Of a stretch of DNA of 64,000 bases, positions 18,723 to 27,261 are shown piece by piece. The translations under genes and the position numbers were made by a program. The notes under the pieces are model-generated. The model was given only the letters and a program-made list of their open reading frames with translations, was not told where the DNA came from and searched no databases. The stretch is taken from NCBI GenBank assembly GCA_965213705.1, contig OZ243913.1, positions 512,001 to 576,000 on the forward strand, in the 5' to 3' direction. The stretch comes from Trueperaceae bacterium. GTDB lineage: Bacteria > Deinococcota > Deinococci > Deinococcales > Trueperaceae. Position 1 is the first letter of the stretch. Every line of letters begins with the position of its first letter.

Positions 18723-20279
18723 CTAGGCGACCATCTTTTCTCTAAGTTTGCGGCGGGTTTGAGGCCGTAAGGGGGCGGCCGGGGTGGGTTGCGGTGTTGG
18801 CAAGGGCGCCGGGACTACGCCCGTTTTTGCGTAAAGGTCGCGGTGGGCGTTCAACATCGTCTCGAGCGTGAAGTTTTCCAGGGCACGTTCCCTGGCGCGT
18901 TCGCCGAGCGTCTGGCGCAACGTGGGGTTGACGAGCAGCGCGGTGAGCGCGTCGCCCAAGGCCGTTGGGTTTTGGGCGGGAACCAGCGCGCCCGTGTTGC
19001 CGACCGCTTCGCCGACGCCGCCGACCCGCGTCGCCACGACCGGTTTGCCGCACATCATCGCCTCGATAACCGTGTAAGGAAAACCCTCGGACACGCTCGA
19101 GAGGGCGACGACGTCGCCCGCGTGGTAGGCCGTGTGGATGGGTTTGACCGGACCTTCGAACGTCACGTGGGTCGTCAGCTGCAAAGTAGCGACGAGTTCC
19201 GTCAAACGCGCTTTATAAGCCTCGTTGCCGCGCGGTACCGGGCCGTAAAGGCGCAACTGCGCCGTGGGCAGGGTTTGGACGACGTGTTTGAACGCCGCCA
19301 GAAGCGTTTCGACGTCTTTGAGCGGGTCGACCCGGCCGACCCACACGACCGTCGGTACGGCCTGGGCGGTTTTGGGCGCTTCGGGGAAACTCTGCGGGGC
19401 GACGCCGTTGGGAATAACGTGGGTGCGCGCCGCGGCGCTGCCCAACTCGAGCTGCCACTGGCGGTTGAACTCGCTGACCGAAGCCACGCGGTCCGCTTTG
19501 GCGTAGATAAGCAGGGCGAGCGTTTTGTAAAAGGCCGCCCGGAACCTCTTAAGAGCGGGTGAGTCCGCCTCGCTGGCAAAAGCTAAATAACGTTCGCGCA
19601 AATAAACGCCGTGCTCGGTCAACACCAGCGGCGCGCGGTGCAGTTGGGCGGCCGCAAAGGCGGGCAGCGCGCTCAAGCCGTTGGACACCACGTGGACCAG
19701 GTCGGTTTTGGGCGGCGTAAAGAGCAGCGGGCCGACCGCGCTCTGCAGCCAGTTGACGCACAAAAAAACCTCGGCCAAAGAGGGCGCTCTAGCCTGCCCC
19801 CGCGCCAAGCGGTTCAGCGCGAGCGAGGTGACGAACGTGCGTTTGAATAAGGGCCACAAGTCGTAGCGGCTTCCCAAACGTGCCAGGCTCAAGACGCCTT
19901 TTGCAAACCCCCCGGTGTCGTCCGTTACAAAGCCCAGTAAGTCGACGAGGGCTTCTTCGAAGGCTCGAGCCACCTGTTCGTCCGCCCGGCGTACGTTGGG
20001 GCGGGGCCGCCAAATCGGTACGGGCTGAACCGCCTCTACGTTGGCCGGGTAGTCGTAAAGGGGCGGGGCCGCTTTGGGTCCGACCACGGGCATGACCACA
20101 AAACGGTGTTCGTTTAACCCCCGGATGAGCTGGTCGCTCCAGGTACTCACGCCGCCCACAACGTAAGGGTACGTGCCTTCGGTAACAAAGAGGATGCGCA
20201 ACGTTTTGGTCCTTTCCGGGAAGTGACTGGCGGCTGCGCGCTCACGCACTTCGGCTCGGTACGGAAAGGCCCGGTACAA
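18723..20279 (-). CDS. pelF: GT4 glycosyltransferase, PelF/Gtb3-like (DUF3492 + GT-B)
   Basis: 'EGTYPYVVGGVSTW', 'LTEHGVYLRER', 'GRVDPLKD', 'SVSEGFPYTVIEAM'; true start may be TTG 20201. Confidence 0.88.
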   Translation of the reverse strand: MYRAFPYRAEVRERAAASHFPERTKTLRILFVTEGTYPYVVGGVSTWSDQLIRGLNEHRFVVMPVVGPKAAPPLYDYPANVEAVQPVPIWRPRPNVRRADEQVARAFEEALVDLLGFVTDDTGGFAKGVLSLARLGSRYDLWPLFKRTFVTSLALNRLARGQARAPSLAEVFLCVNWLQSAVGPLLFTPPKTDLVHVVSNGLSALPAFAAAQLHRAPLVLTEHGVYLRERYLAFASEADSPALKRFRAAFYKTLALLIYAKADRVASVSEFNRQWQLELGSAAARTHVIPNGVAPQSFPEAPKTAQAVPTVVWVGRVDPLKDVETLLAAFKHVVQTLPTAQLRLYGPVPRGNEAYKARLTELVATLQLTTHVTFEGPVKPIHTAYHAGDVVALSSVSEGFPYTVIEAMMCGKPVVATRVGGVGEAVGNTGALVPAQNPTALGDALTALLVNPTLRQTLGERARERALENFTLETMLNAHRDLYAKTGVVPAPLPTPQPTPAAPLRPQTRRKLREKMVA

Positions 20280-20356
20280 GGCTTCCGCTCGAAACGAAGC
20301 AACTCAGCGCAAAGAGGTTTGGCAAAAAGCGCAGCGTGCAGACGCGCGACCAACTA

Positions 20357-20385
20357 ATAAGGAGCGCTTTAGTGGCGCTCCTTAT
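20357..20385. terminator. Hairpin between the deacetylase and GT4 genes
   Basis: ataaggagcgc-tttagtg-gcgctccttat. Confidence 0.6.
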
Positions 20386-20450
20386 AGTTAACAAGTTGAG
20401 GGCTTACAGAACTCTTACAGAAAACTTGCCGGCGGCTTTTTCAGCTGCTC

Positions 20451-22556
20451 TCAGCGAGCCGCTACCCGGTAGGTGCGCACTTCGCCCGGCGCGAACCTGC
20501 GCTGCGCCAGGGTGTCGCCCGCGTAAAGCTCGCGGCTGCCAAAAGCGACCCCGGTTGCGAGCACGTACCCGCCGTTTGCCGAGCTGAGGGTGACCCGGCC
20601 GCTGGCCCGGTCCCAAACCCCCGCCGCGCCCGCCTCGGCGAACGAGGTGCGCCGGTCGACGCTTCTAGCGAGGTCGTCCCACTTCATGGTGACTAAAGGC
20701 ACGGCGCTCAAGTCGCTGTAGCGCGCGGCCAGGCGCTCCAACCAGTCGTAAACGAGGCTGCGACCGGCGGCGTATTCCCTGAGGTTCGCCTGGTGAAAAA
20801 AGTGCGGGTAAGGGCTGTAGCTGAGCAGGTGGTAAAGCGCGATGTCGGTCTCAACGTCCAGGTACTCGTCGTAGTTGAGGTCGTGACTCCAGTAAGGGGA
20901 AACGCCGCCGGGGCCGTAGATGTAGTTGTACTCGCTCAGCGCTTCGTCGGGCGTGGTGACGTTGTAGAACACGTTGGTCGGGTAGCGGGGCAGCAGCATA
21001 ATTCCGGGTTTGAGCGGGTGCCGAACGCCGCAGCTCGAGCAGGTGCCGCGGTTGCTGAGGAGCGAGTAGTTCGAGCCCATGTAGCGCACGCCGGAAGCGT
21101 AAGCGGCGTCCAGCAGCGCCTGGTTGGACGCCCTCAAGCCGCCTTCGACCCACTTGCCCTGCGCGGCGTCGTAGTAGTAACCGAGGCCGGAGTGCCCACC
21201 CGTCAGGAGCGAGCGGCTTTTGTAGGTGCCCACCGCGTTCAGACCGAGACCCTTGGCGACGTTGTTGTTGCTGACGATTTCGCGTTTGGAGGTGGTGTAG
21301 CTGCTAAAGTCCATGTCGTCGTGGTGGTAGGTGTGGTTGAGCCAGTAGGTGTCGGCGGCCATGCAGCGCGTCACGCTCGTCAGTGGGTCGGGGCTTGGGG
21401 CGTTCGGGTCGCAATTCAAGGGTGCGTTTGGGTCGGCGTAAGCGCCGTTGAAGGCTTGCACGTAAGCGAAGTCGCGGGCTAAGGGGAAGCGGTTGCGCAG
21501 GGCGGTTTGCTGCGTCAGGGTCGCGAGGGCGTCGCTCGCCGACATGCGGAAAACGTCTTCGTCGTTTGCGCGCGTGGCCGGGTTCCAGCGGTCGCTGGTG
21601 CTGAACCAGTCGTCTATGTCGACTTGCAAGTAGGCTTTGCGCTGGCCCAAAAAGACACCTTGCGTCACCCAGTCGACAAGGTCGTAGCCGAGCAGTTGGG
21701 TATGGAGCAAGTAAGGGCTTTGCGCCACCGTGAGGACCAAACGCTCGCGCCCGTCCGGGCTGGGCGACAAGGCGGCGACCGCGTTGCCGCCCGCGTCTTG
21801 GAGCAGCGGCGTGGCCGTGATGCCGGTTGAACCCTCGAGCCCCGCCAAATACGTGTAAGCGTGGCGCAACGGCACCTGGGCCGTCGGCTGCACCGACTTG
21901 AACACGTCCCGGCCGGCACTCGTCAACGCGACCGGGTAGGGGGCGGCGGTCGTGTCCTGATACCCCGCCAGGCGCAAGCCGTAGTCCTCGGGGTGGGTGC
22001 CGGGAAAAGTGTACAGCGTGAGCTGGCGCACCTTGAACGCCCGTTCGTACTCCCAGAGCAAGTTCCATTCGTCGTCGTTGAACGCGCTCACCCACTTGTC
22101 GCCACTGAGATGCCCGAGCCCGCCTTCGGTCAGCACGACGCCCTGAAAGCGCCCGTCGCCGTTGGCCGCGACGAGGCGCGCTTCGGTCAGGGTGTCCTCT
22201 TCGGCCAACAGGGTCTCAAAAGGCAACCCCATCGTGTCGAGCAGCGTGGTCACGGCGCTCAAAGAGGGGTCAGAGGCGCTTGCGCTGACGACGAGCAAAC
22301 GCAGCTCGACACGGTTGCTGGGCGCGACGGAAAGCGTGCTGAACCGCGGCGCAATCGTGCCTTTTAGGGAGGGCAAGGGCTGCTGAACCGCAGGTGTGGG
22401 CAAGGCCGGCGTACCGAGGTTGAGGTGGCCCAACACGTGGGGGTCGAGCGGCGGCGTGGACTGGGCGGGTGTTTGCAGCGGCACCGAGCAGCTTGCCAAC
22501 ACCGTAAGCAACGCGGACACAACAACAAGGCGAAGTAGGGCGTAGCGGTTGGGCAT
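20451..22556 (-). CDS. Agd3-like (CE18-type) polysaccharide deacetylase lipoprotein
   Basis: lipobox 'LASC'; 'WEYERAFKVR' in the N-terminal region; 'LQVDIDDWF', 'NHTYHH', 'LPRYPT', 'HFFHQAN' fit Agd3-type catalytic motifs as recalled. Confidence 0.75.
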   Translation of the reverse strand: MPNRYALLRLVVVSALLTVLASCSVPLQTPAQSTPPLDPHVLGHLNLGTPALPTPAVQQPLPSLKGTIAPRFSTLSVAPSNRVELRLLVVSASASDPSLSAVTTLLDTMGLPFETLLAEEDTLTEARLVAANGDGRFQGVVLTEGGLGHLSGDKWVSAFNDDEWNLLWEYERAFKVRQLTLYTFPGTHPEDYGLRLAGYQDTTAAPYPVALTSAGRDVFKSVQPTAQVPLRHAYTYLAGLEGSTGITATPLLQDAGGNAVAALSPSPDGRERLVLTVAQSPYLLHTQLLGYDLVDWVTQGVFLGQRKAYLQVDIDDWFSTSDRWNPATRANDEDVFRMSASDALATLTQQTALRNRFPLARDFAYVQAFNGAYADPNAPLNCDPNAPSPDPLTSVTRCMAADTYWLNHTYHHDDMDFSSYTTSKREIVSNNNVAKGLGLNAVGTYKSRSLLTGGHSGLGYYYDAAQGKWVEGGLRASNQALLDAAYASGVRYMGSNYSLLSNRGTCSSCGVRHPLKPGIMLLPRYPTNVFYNVTTPDEALSEYNYIYGPGGVSPYWSHDLNYDEYLDVETDIALYHLLSYSPYPHFFHQANLREYAAGRSLVYDWLERLAARYSDLSAVPLVTMKWDDLARSVDRRTSFAEAGAAGVWDRASGRVTLSSANGGYVLATGVAFGSRELYAGDTLAQRRFAPGEVRTYRVAAR

Positions 22557-22895
22557 GTTTTCCTCACAAAGAATGACGTTTCACCCCAAACACAGAGTGA
22601 AGGTTGAACTTACGGACTGTTACGGTGGTGTTTCGAGCGGCGGCCTGTTATAGCTCGGGGGACTTTACAACTTCGCGAACTCCTTTCCCCCCGCCCCTCT
22701 ATGAGAGGCTTCTAAGAAAAGAATAAGTTATTTCCGTTGCGCGCGGTCCGTAAACGTCACACCTTCGGTACTGCAGTACCAGGGCGCACGGCGGCCGGGT
22801 TCGGCTCGGTGCTCGAGCCGGTCTAAAAAGTTATTCGGGTATAAAATTTCGCTTGGAACCCGATTCGCTTGAAACCCGGGCGGACCCCGGCACGC

Positions 22896-24470
22896 CTAAA
22901 TTTCCCCGTCGCCCAGCCGCTCCAACAGCAGCATCACCGCGGCGGTCAGGAGCATCAGCAAAAACGAAAGCGCCAGGGCCGAGCCGTAGTTGGCCGCGCC
23001 GGGCCGCCCCAGGCGGTCGAAAATGGCGACCGGCAGCGTCGCGTGGCGTACGCTCTGGAGGGTGAGGGTTGCACCGAACTCGCCCATCGAAATCGCGAAC
23101 GCGAAGCTCGCCGCCGCGACCAGTGACGGCACCATGAGCGGCAACTCGACGCGGCGCAAAACGCCCCAGGGACTTGCGCCGAGGGTCCGGGCGGCGGCGA
23201 GCAAGTTCGGCGGCAGCCCGCGCAACGCCGGCAGCAGGCTCCGCGTGACGAAGGGAAACGAGACGAGCGCGTGCGCCAGCGTCAAACCCCAGGGCGTGGC
23301 GCGCAGCGTGGGAAACGCGAGCAGGTACCCGAAGCCCAACGTCACCGCGCTCGTCGCCAGGGGCAGCAAGCTGAGGCCGTCGAGCCAACGCCAACCGCCC
23401 CGCACCACGGCGTAGGCGAAGGCGAAACCGACGACGAGGGCGAGCGCGGTACTCTGCGCGGCGAAGCGCAGCGAGTTGAACGTCGCGCGGCCCGCCCCGG
23501 CGAAACCAACGGTGCGCGGGGCGTCCAGCAGCGTTGCGAAGTTGCGCAAGCTCGGCCCGCCGCCCCCCGGCCAGAACGTGCTGTAGGCCAGCGCGGCGAG
23601 AGGTGACAAAATGAGGGCGAAGGCCACGACTAAGTTCAGTCCCAGCACCAGCCGCGCCGCGCCCGTCGGCGTGGGCAGCGGCCGGCGGCCGGTGAGCGTT
23701 ACGGCCAGCCGCGCCTGCAAACGGGTATAAACCAGGGTGAAACCGGTGACGACCACAAGCTGCACGAGCGCGAGCAGCCCGGCACTGCTCAAGTCCAGCA
23801 GGCGCGAGGTCAGGCGGTACACTTCGACCTCCAGGGTAGCGAACCGCGGCTCCGGCGCGAGAACGAGGATGACCCCAAAGCTCGTAAAGGTAAAAATAAA
23901 CACGAGGGTGGCGGCGGCGACCAGGGCGGGCGCGGCCAGCGGCAGCGTGACCCGGAAAAAGGTGCGCGCCGGCCCGGCCCCCAGCACCTGCGCCGCCTCG
24001 TAGAGTCGCGGTCCCACCGCTTCCAGATAACTTCCCACCACCCGCACGACGATGGCGTAGTTGTAAAACACGTGGGCCAGCAAAATCAACGAAAGCGTGC
24101 CGCGCAAGTCGACGCCCAACAGCCCGCGCGGCCCGACGAGCGCCAAAAAACCGGTGGCCGCCACCACCGTCGGCATCACGAACGGCAAGGTGAACAAGCT
24201 GCGCAACAGGCGCTTGCCCCAAAAATCGTAGCGGGCGAACAACACAGCGCCCGGCAAGCCTAACAGCACGGTCAGCAGGGTCGAAAGCAACGCCTGCCAC
24301 ACCGTAAACCACAGCCGTCCCCAGTAGTAAGGGTTGCTCGCCACCGCCGCCACCGCGTCCCAACGCTCGAAGCTGCGACCCAAAATAACCGCCAGCGGGT
24401 ACAGCAAAAAGACGAGCAAGAAGAGGGTCGCCAACCCTCCGAACACATGGGGGAGCCAAGCTCGTTTCAC
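22896..24470 (-). CDS. ABC transporter permease, ThiP/FbpB type (fused double TMD)
   Basis: two EAA loops 'EAAQVLGAG' and 'AAARTLGAS'; 'GEFGAT'; TACACT 7 nt before GTG 24470. Confidence 0.88.
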   Translation of the reverse strand: MKRAWLPHVFGGLATLFLLVFLLYPLAVILGRSFERWDAVAAVASNPYYWGRLWFTVWQALLSTLLTVLLGLPGAVLFARYDFWGKRLLRSLFTLPFVMPTVVAATGFLALVGPRGLLGVDLRGTLSLILLAHVFYNYAIVVRVVGSYLEAVGPRLYEAAQVLGAGPARTFFRVTLPLAAPALVAAATLVFIFTFTSFGVILVLAPEPRFATLEVEVYRLTSRLLDLSSAGLLALVQLVVVTGFTLVYTRLQARLAVTLTGRRPLPTPTGAARLVLGLNLVVAFALILSPLAALAYSTFWPGGGGPSLRNFATLLDAPRTVGFAGAGRATFNSLRFAAQSTALALVVGFAFAYAVVRGGWRWLDGLSLLPLATSAVTLGFGYLLAFPTLRATPWGLTLAHALVSFPFVTRSLLPALRGLPPNLLAAARTLGASPWGVLRRVELPLMVPSLVAAASFAFAISMGEFGATLTLQSVRHATLPVAIFDRLGRPGAANYGSALALSFLLMLLTAAVMLLLERLGDGEI

Positions 24471-24714
24471 GGGGGCAAGTGTACCAGCACGTCCGAGAAA
24501 AACGTTGCCGTCATGACTTTTGTAGACAGCTCGGCTCGGGCAGCCCGGCTTAGGCGGTACGTCTCGGGCGGTCCGGCTCGGACCGTGGTGCCGCTCGAGC
24601 CGCAAAGAGTTCGCCAAGCCCCGCCCGCGCGGCTCGTCCCAAAACCTCCGCGCCGTCCTGGGTATTGCGACCCACTCGCGTTGTCAGCGACAGCCGAACG
24701 TTTTAGACTCTAAA

Positions 24715-26955
24715 TCAGTTGAGAATTTCGCTGAACTCGAGGGCTTCGGCCGCCAACACGAACGCCGTGGTGGGCAGGTCGGCGGTTCTGGCACTCAAGT
24801 CACGGTAGTAGTCCACGTAGCCGTCGCCCTCCGGCGCGCGCATACCGAGCAGGACTAAGTCGGCACCCGCCGACGAGTCGCGCAAAATCGTGTCGAAAGC
24901 CCTGCCTTTGGCGACCAGCACTTCGGCCACCGCGCCGGTGCGAAAACCGCCGATGAGAGTTCGCAGGTTCATTTCCGCGTCCTCGACACCTGTGGGGTCG
25001 TCGATGACGATTTTGACCCGCACCTCGGCGTCGCGCCAGGCCAAGCTCGTCTTGAGGAGGTAAGCGAGCGTCATCATCAGTCCGCCGTTGCCTTTTAAGC
25101 CGCCCCACCATAGGTCGATGCGCTTTCTCTCGCCGAAGCCCCGCTCCGGGTCGGCCTTGACGACTATTAAGTTGCGTTTGGCCCGGTAGATGTGAGCCAG
25201 CAGACCGGTAAAGCGCGCCAACCGCTCGGCCGTTTCGCTGTGACCGAGGACAATCGTGTTGGGTTGCAGCGAGCCGAGGCCGTAGGCGTCGATGAGCATT
25301 TCTTGACCTGCGAAGGGGTCGGCCGCCTTGGTAACGCGGAGCAGGGCCTGCACGCCGCGCTGCTCTAAGTAGTCGCTCAGGGTCGTTTCCAGGGCGGCCT
25401 GACGTTCGGCCGAAAGCGAGGTGTCGGTGACAATCGTCGCCACGCTCAGCAGCGCCCGGTTGTGGGTGATGGCGTTGGCGAGGTCGATGAGGTGCCACCG
25501 TTTCGTCGGCGCGCCTGACATCACCAGCATGTGCGGCCGCCAGTTTTTCGCGTCGGGCTCGTCGCGGAGTTGCAGCAGCCCGGCGCGCGTCACCGCCATC
25601 CACAGCCCCTGGCGCACGTCGCCCCAGGCGGTCTGCAATTCGCGGCGCTCGAGCCACACGTAAATCCCCAAAATCACTATGACGGCGACCAGGGTCGCAA
25701 GCCAGTTGATAAGGACCATCACGAACACGCAACCCGCCGCGCCCAAGAGCGACAAGCTCCAGTGAACCCGGAACGTCGGCCGGAACGAGGGGCTGCCCAA
25801 CAGCCGCTCGACGGCCGAGACGACGTTCACCACGCCGTAGGTGGTAAGAAAAAACATCGTCAGAATCGGCGCGATGAGGTTCAGGTCGCCCAGCGCCACC
25901 GCCGTCAAGGCCACGGCGAGAGTGATGAGCGTGCCGATGCGAGGTTCGTCGGCGGGACCGCTGCCGCGCCCCAGCACGCGCAGCGGGCGCGGCAACACCC
26001 CGTCACGCGCTAAAGCTTGCAGGATGCGCGGCGCGCCCAGGATGCTGCCCATCGCGCTCGAGAGCGTCGCGCCCCACACCCCTAACAAAATCGCGTCGCC
26101 CCACAGCGCCATCTTGCGCATGATGAGCGGGTCTTCGATGAGAGTCAGCGCGTCGGCGCGCAGGCCCAAGAAAATAGGCAGCGTCATGTAGATCACGTAG
26201 CCGACGCCAATCGCCGCCATCGTCCCAATCGGAATCGACTTTTGCGGGTCTTTGAGGTCGCCTGACAAGTTGACCCCGGCCATAATTCCGGTCACCGCCG
26301 GGAAAAACACCGCGAACACCGTCCAGAAAGGTTCCGAGTTGCGCGGGGCCGCGCCGAACAGCTCGAGCGAGGTCGGCTCCAACCCGTGTCCGAAATAAAA
26401 CGACAGCAGCGACACGCCGATAGCCGCCATAATGACGTACTGGCTGCGAATCGCCGTTTTCGCCGAGACGAGCGCCAACCCGGCGACGAGCACCGTCGTG
26501 ATAATTCCGACCGTGCGCTGGTCGAAGTTCGGAAAAATGGCGACGAGGCTCTCCGCAAAGCCAATCGTGTAGAGCGCGACGGAGAGCGCCTGCGCAAAGT
26601 ACAAAGGAATTCCCACCGCGCCGCCCGCCTCGATGCCAAGTGAGCGGCTGATCATGTAGTACGCGCCCCCGGCCCGCACCCGCTGGTCGGTGGCGATTTG
26701 CGAAATCGACAACCCCGTCAAAAAAGTTATCGAGGTCGAAATGGTCACGATGAGGAGCGTGCCCACCAGTCCGGCGTTGCCGACTACCCAGCCGAAGCGC
26801 AGGTACATGATGACGCCCAGAATCGTCAGGATGGACGGCGTGAACACCCCGCCGAAAGTTCCCAAGCCCGCACCCGACGACGCCACGACCGCTTGCGGCG
26901 CGGGCGGCGCGTTATCCCCGCCAAACCGAGAGAACAGTGATTTAAGAGGCTTCAT
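24715..26955 (-). CDS. Cation-chloride cotransporter (SLC12-like, APC superfamily)
   Basis: 'GVFTPSILTILGVIMYLRFGWVVG', 'GGAYYMISRSLG', 'FAVFFPAVTGIMAG.N.SGDL', 'KNWRP', 'IDLWW'. Confidence 0.9.
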   Translation of the reverse strand: MKPLKSLFSRFGGDNAPPAPQAVVASSGAGLGTFGGVFTPSILTILGVIMYLRFGWVVGNAGLVGTLLIVTISTSITFLTGLSISQIATDQRVRAGGAYYMISRSLGIEAGGAVGIPLYFAQALSVALYTIGFAESLVAIFPNFDQRTVGIITTVLVAGLALVSAKTAIRSQYVIMAAIGVSLLSFYFGHGLEPTSLELFGAAPRNSEPFWTVFAVFFPAVTGIMAGVNLSGDLKDPQKSIPIGTMAAIGVGYVIYMTLPIFLGLRADALTLIEDPLIMRKMALWGDAILLGVWGATLSSAMGSILGAPRILQALARDGVLPRPLRVLGRGSGPADEPRIGTLITLAVALTAVALGDLNLIAPILTMFFLTTYGVVNVVSAVERLLGSPSFRPTFRVHWSLSLLGAAGCVFVMVLINWLATLVAVIVILGIYVWLERRELQTAWGDVRQGLWMAVTRAGLLQLRDEPDAKNWRPHMLVMSGAPTKRWHLIDLANAITHNRALLSVATIVTDTSLSAERQAALETTLSDYLEQRGVQALLRVTKAADPFAGQEMLIDAYGLGSLQPNTIVLGHSETAERLARFTGLLAHIYRAKRNLIVVKADPERGFGERKRIDLWWGGLKGNGGLMMTLAYLLKTSLAWRDAEVRVKIVIDDPTGVEDAEMNLRTLIGGFRTGAVAEVLVAKGRAFDTILRDSSAGADLVLLGMRAPEGDGYVDYYRDLSARTADLPTTAFVLAAEALEFSEILN

Positions 26956-27261
26956 CGTAGTTGGGAAAAAGATATAGGTTGAGAGGGGGCATAGGCAGAA
27001 AGACATTGTAACGTCCTCAGCGCTTCAACATGACGGGCTGCTTGACGAGGTTTCCGGCTGAGGCGTTTTTCGCAGGCGAAGGTCTCGGATCTGTTTCGTG
27101 TTACGCAGCGCTGAAACAAAGTACCGAGTGGAAAGTGCCGAGTACAGAGTCAAAAACAATAAGAAGTGTCGTTCGTTTTTGTAGTTCGTAAAGACTAAAA
27201 ACCAAAAACTTTAGCTTCCCTGCTCCGGCTTCCCGCTAAGCTTGCATGGTAGCCTTGACTT

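Noticed and set aside
22557..22895. c-di-GMP riboswitch upstream of the EPS locus (also checked 16588-16696 and 20280-20450)
   Set aside because: Could not find the GEMM-type conserved elements; only generic hairpins
27007..27261. RDRM (DdrO) radiation-response motif upstream of the helicase
   Set aside because: No 17-bp palindrome matching the consensus could be aligned
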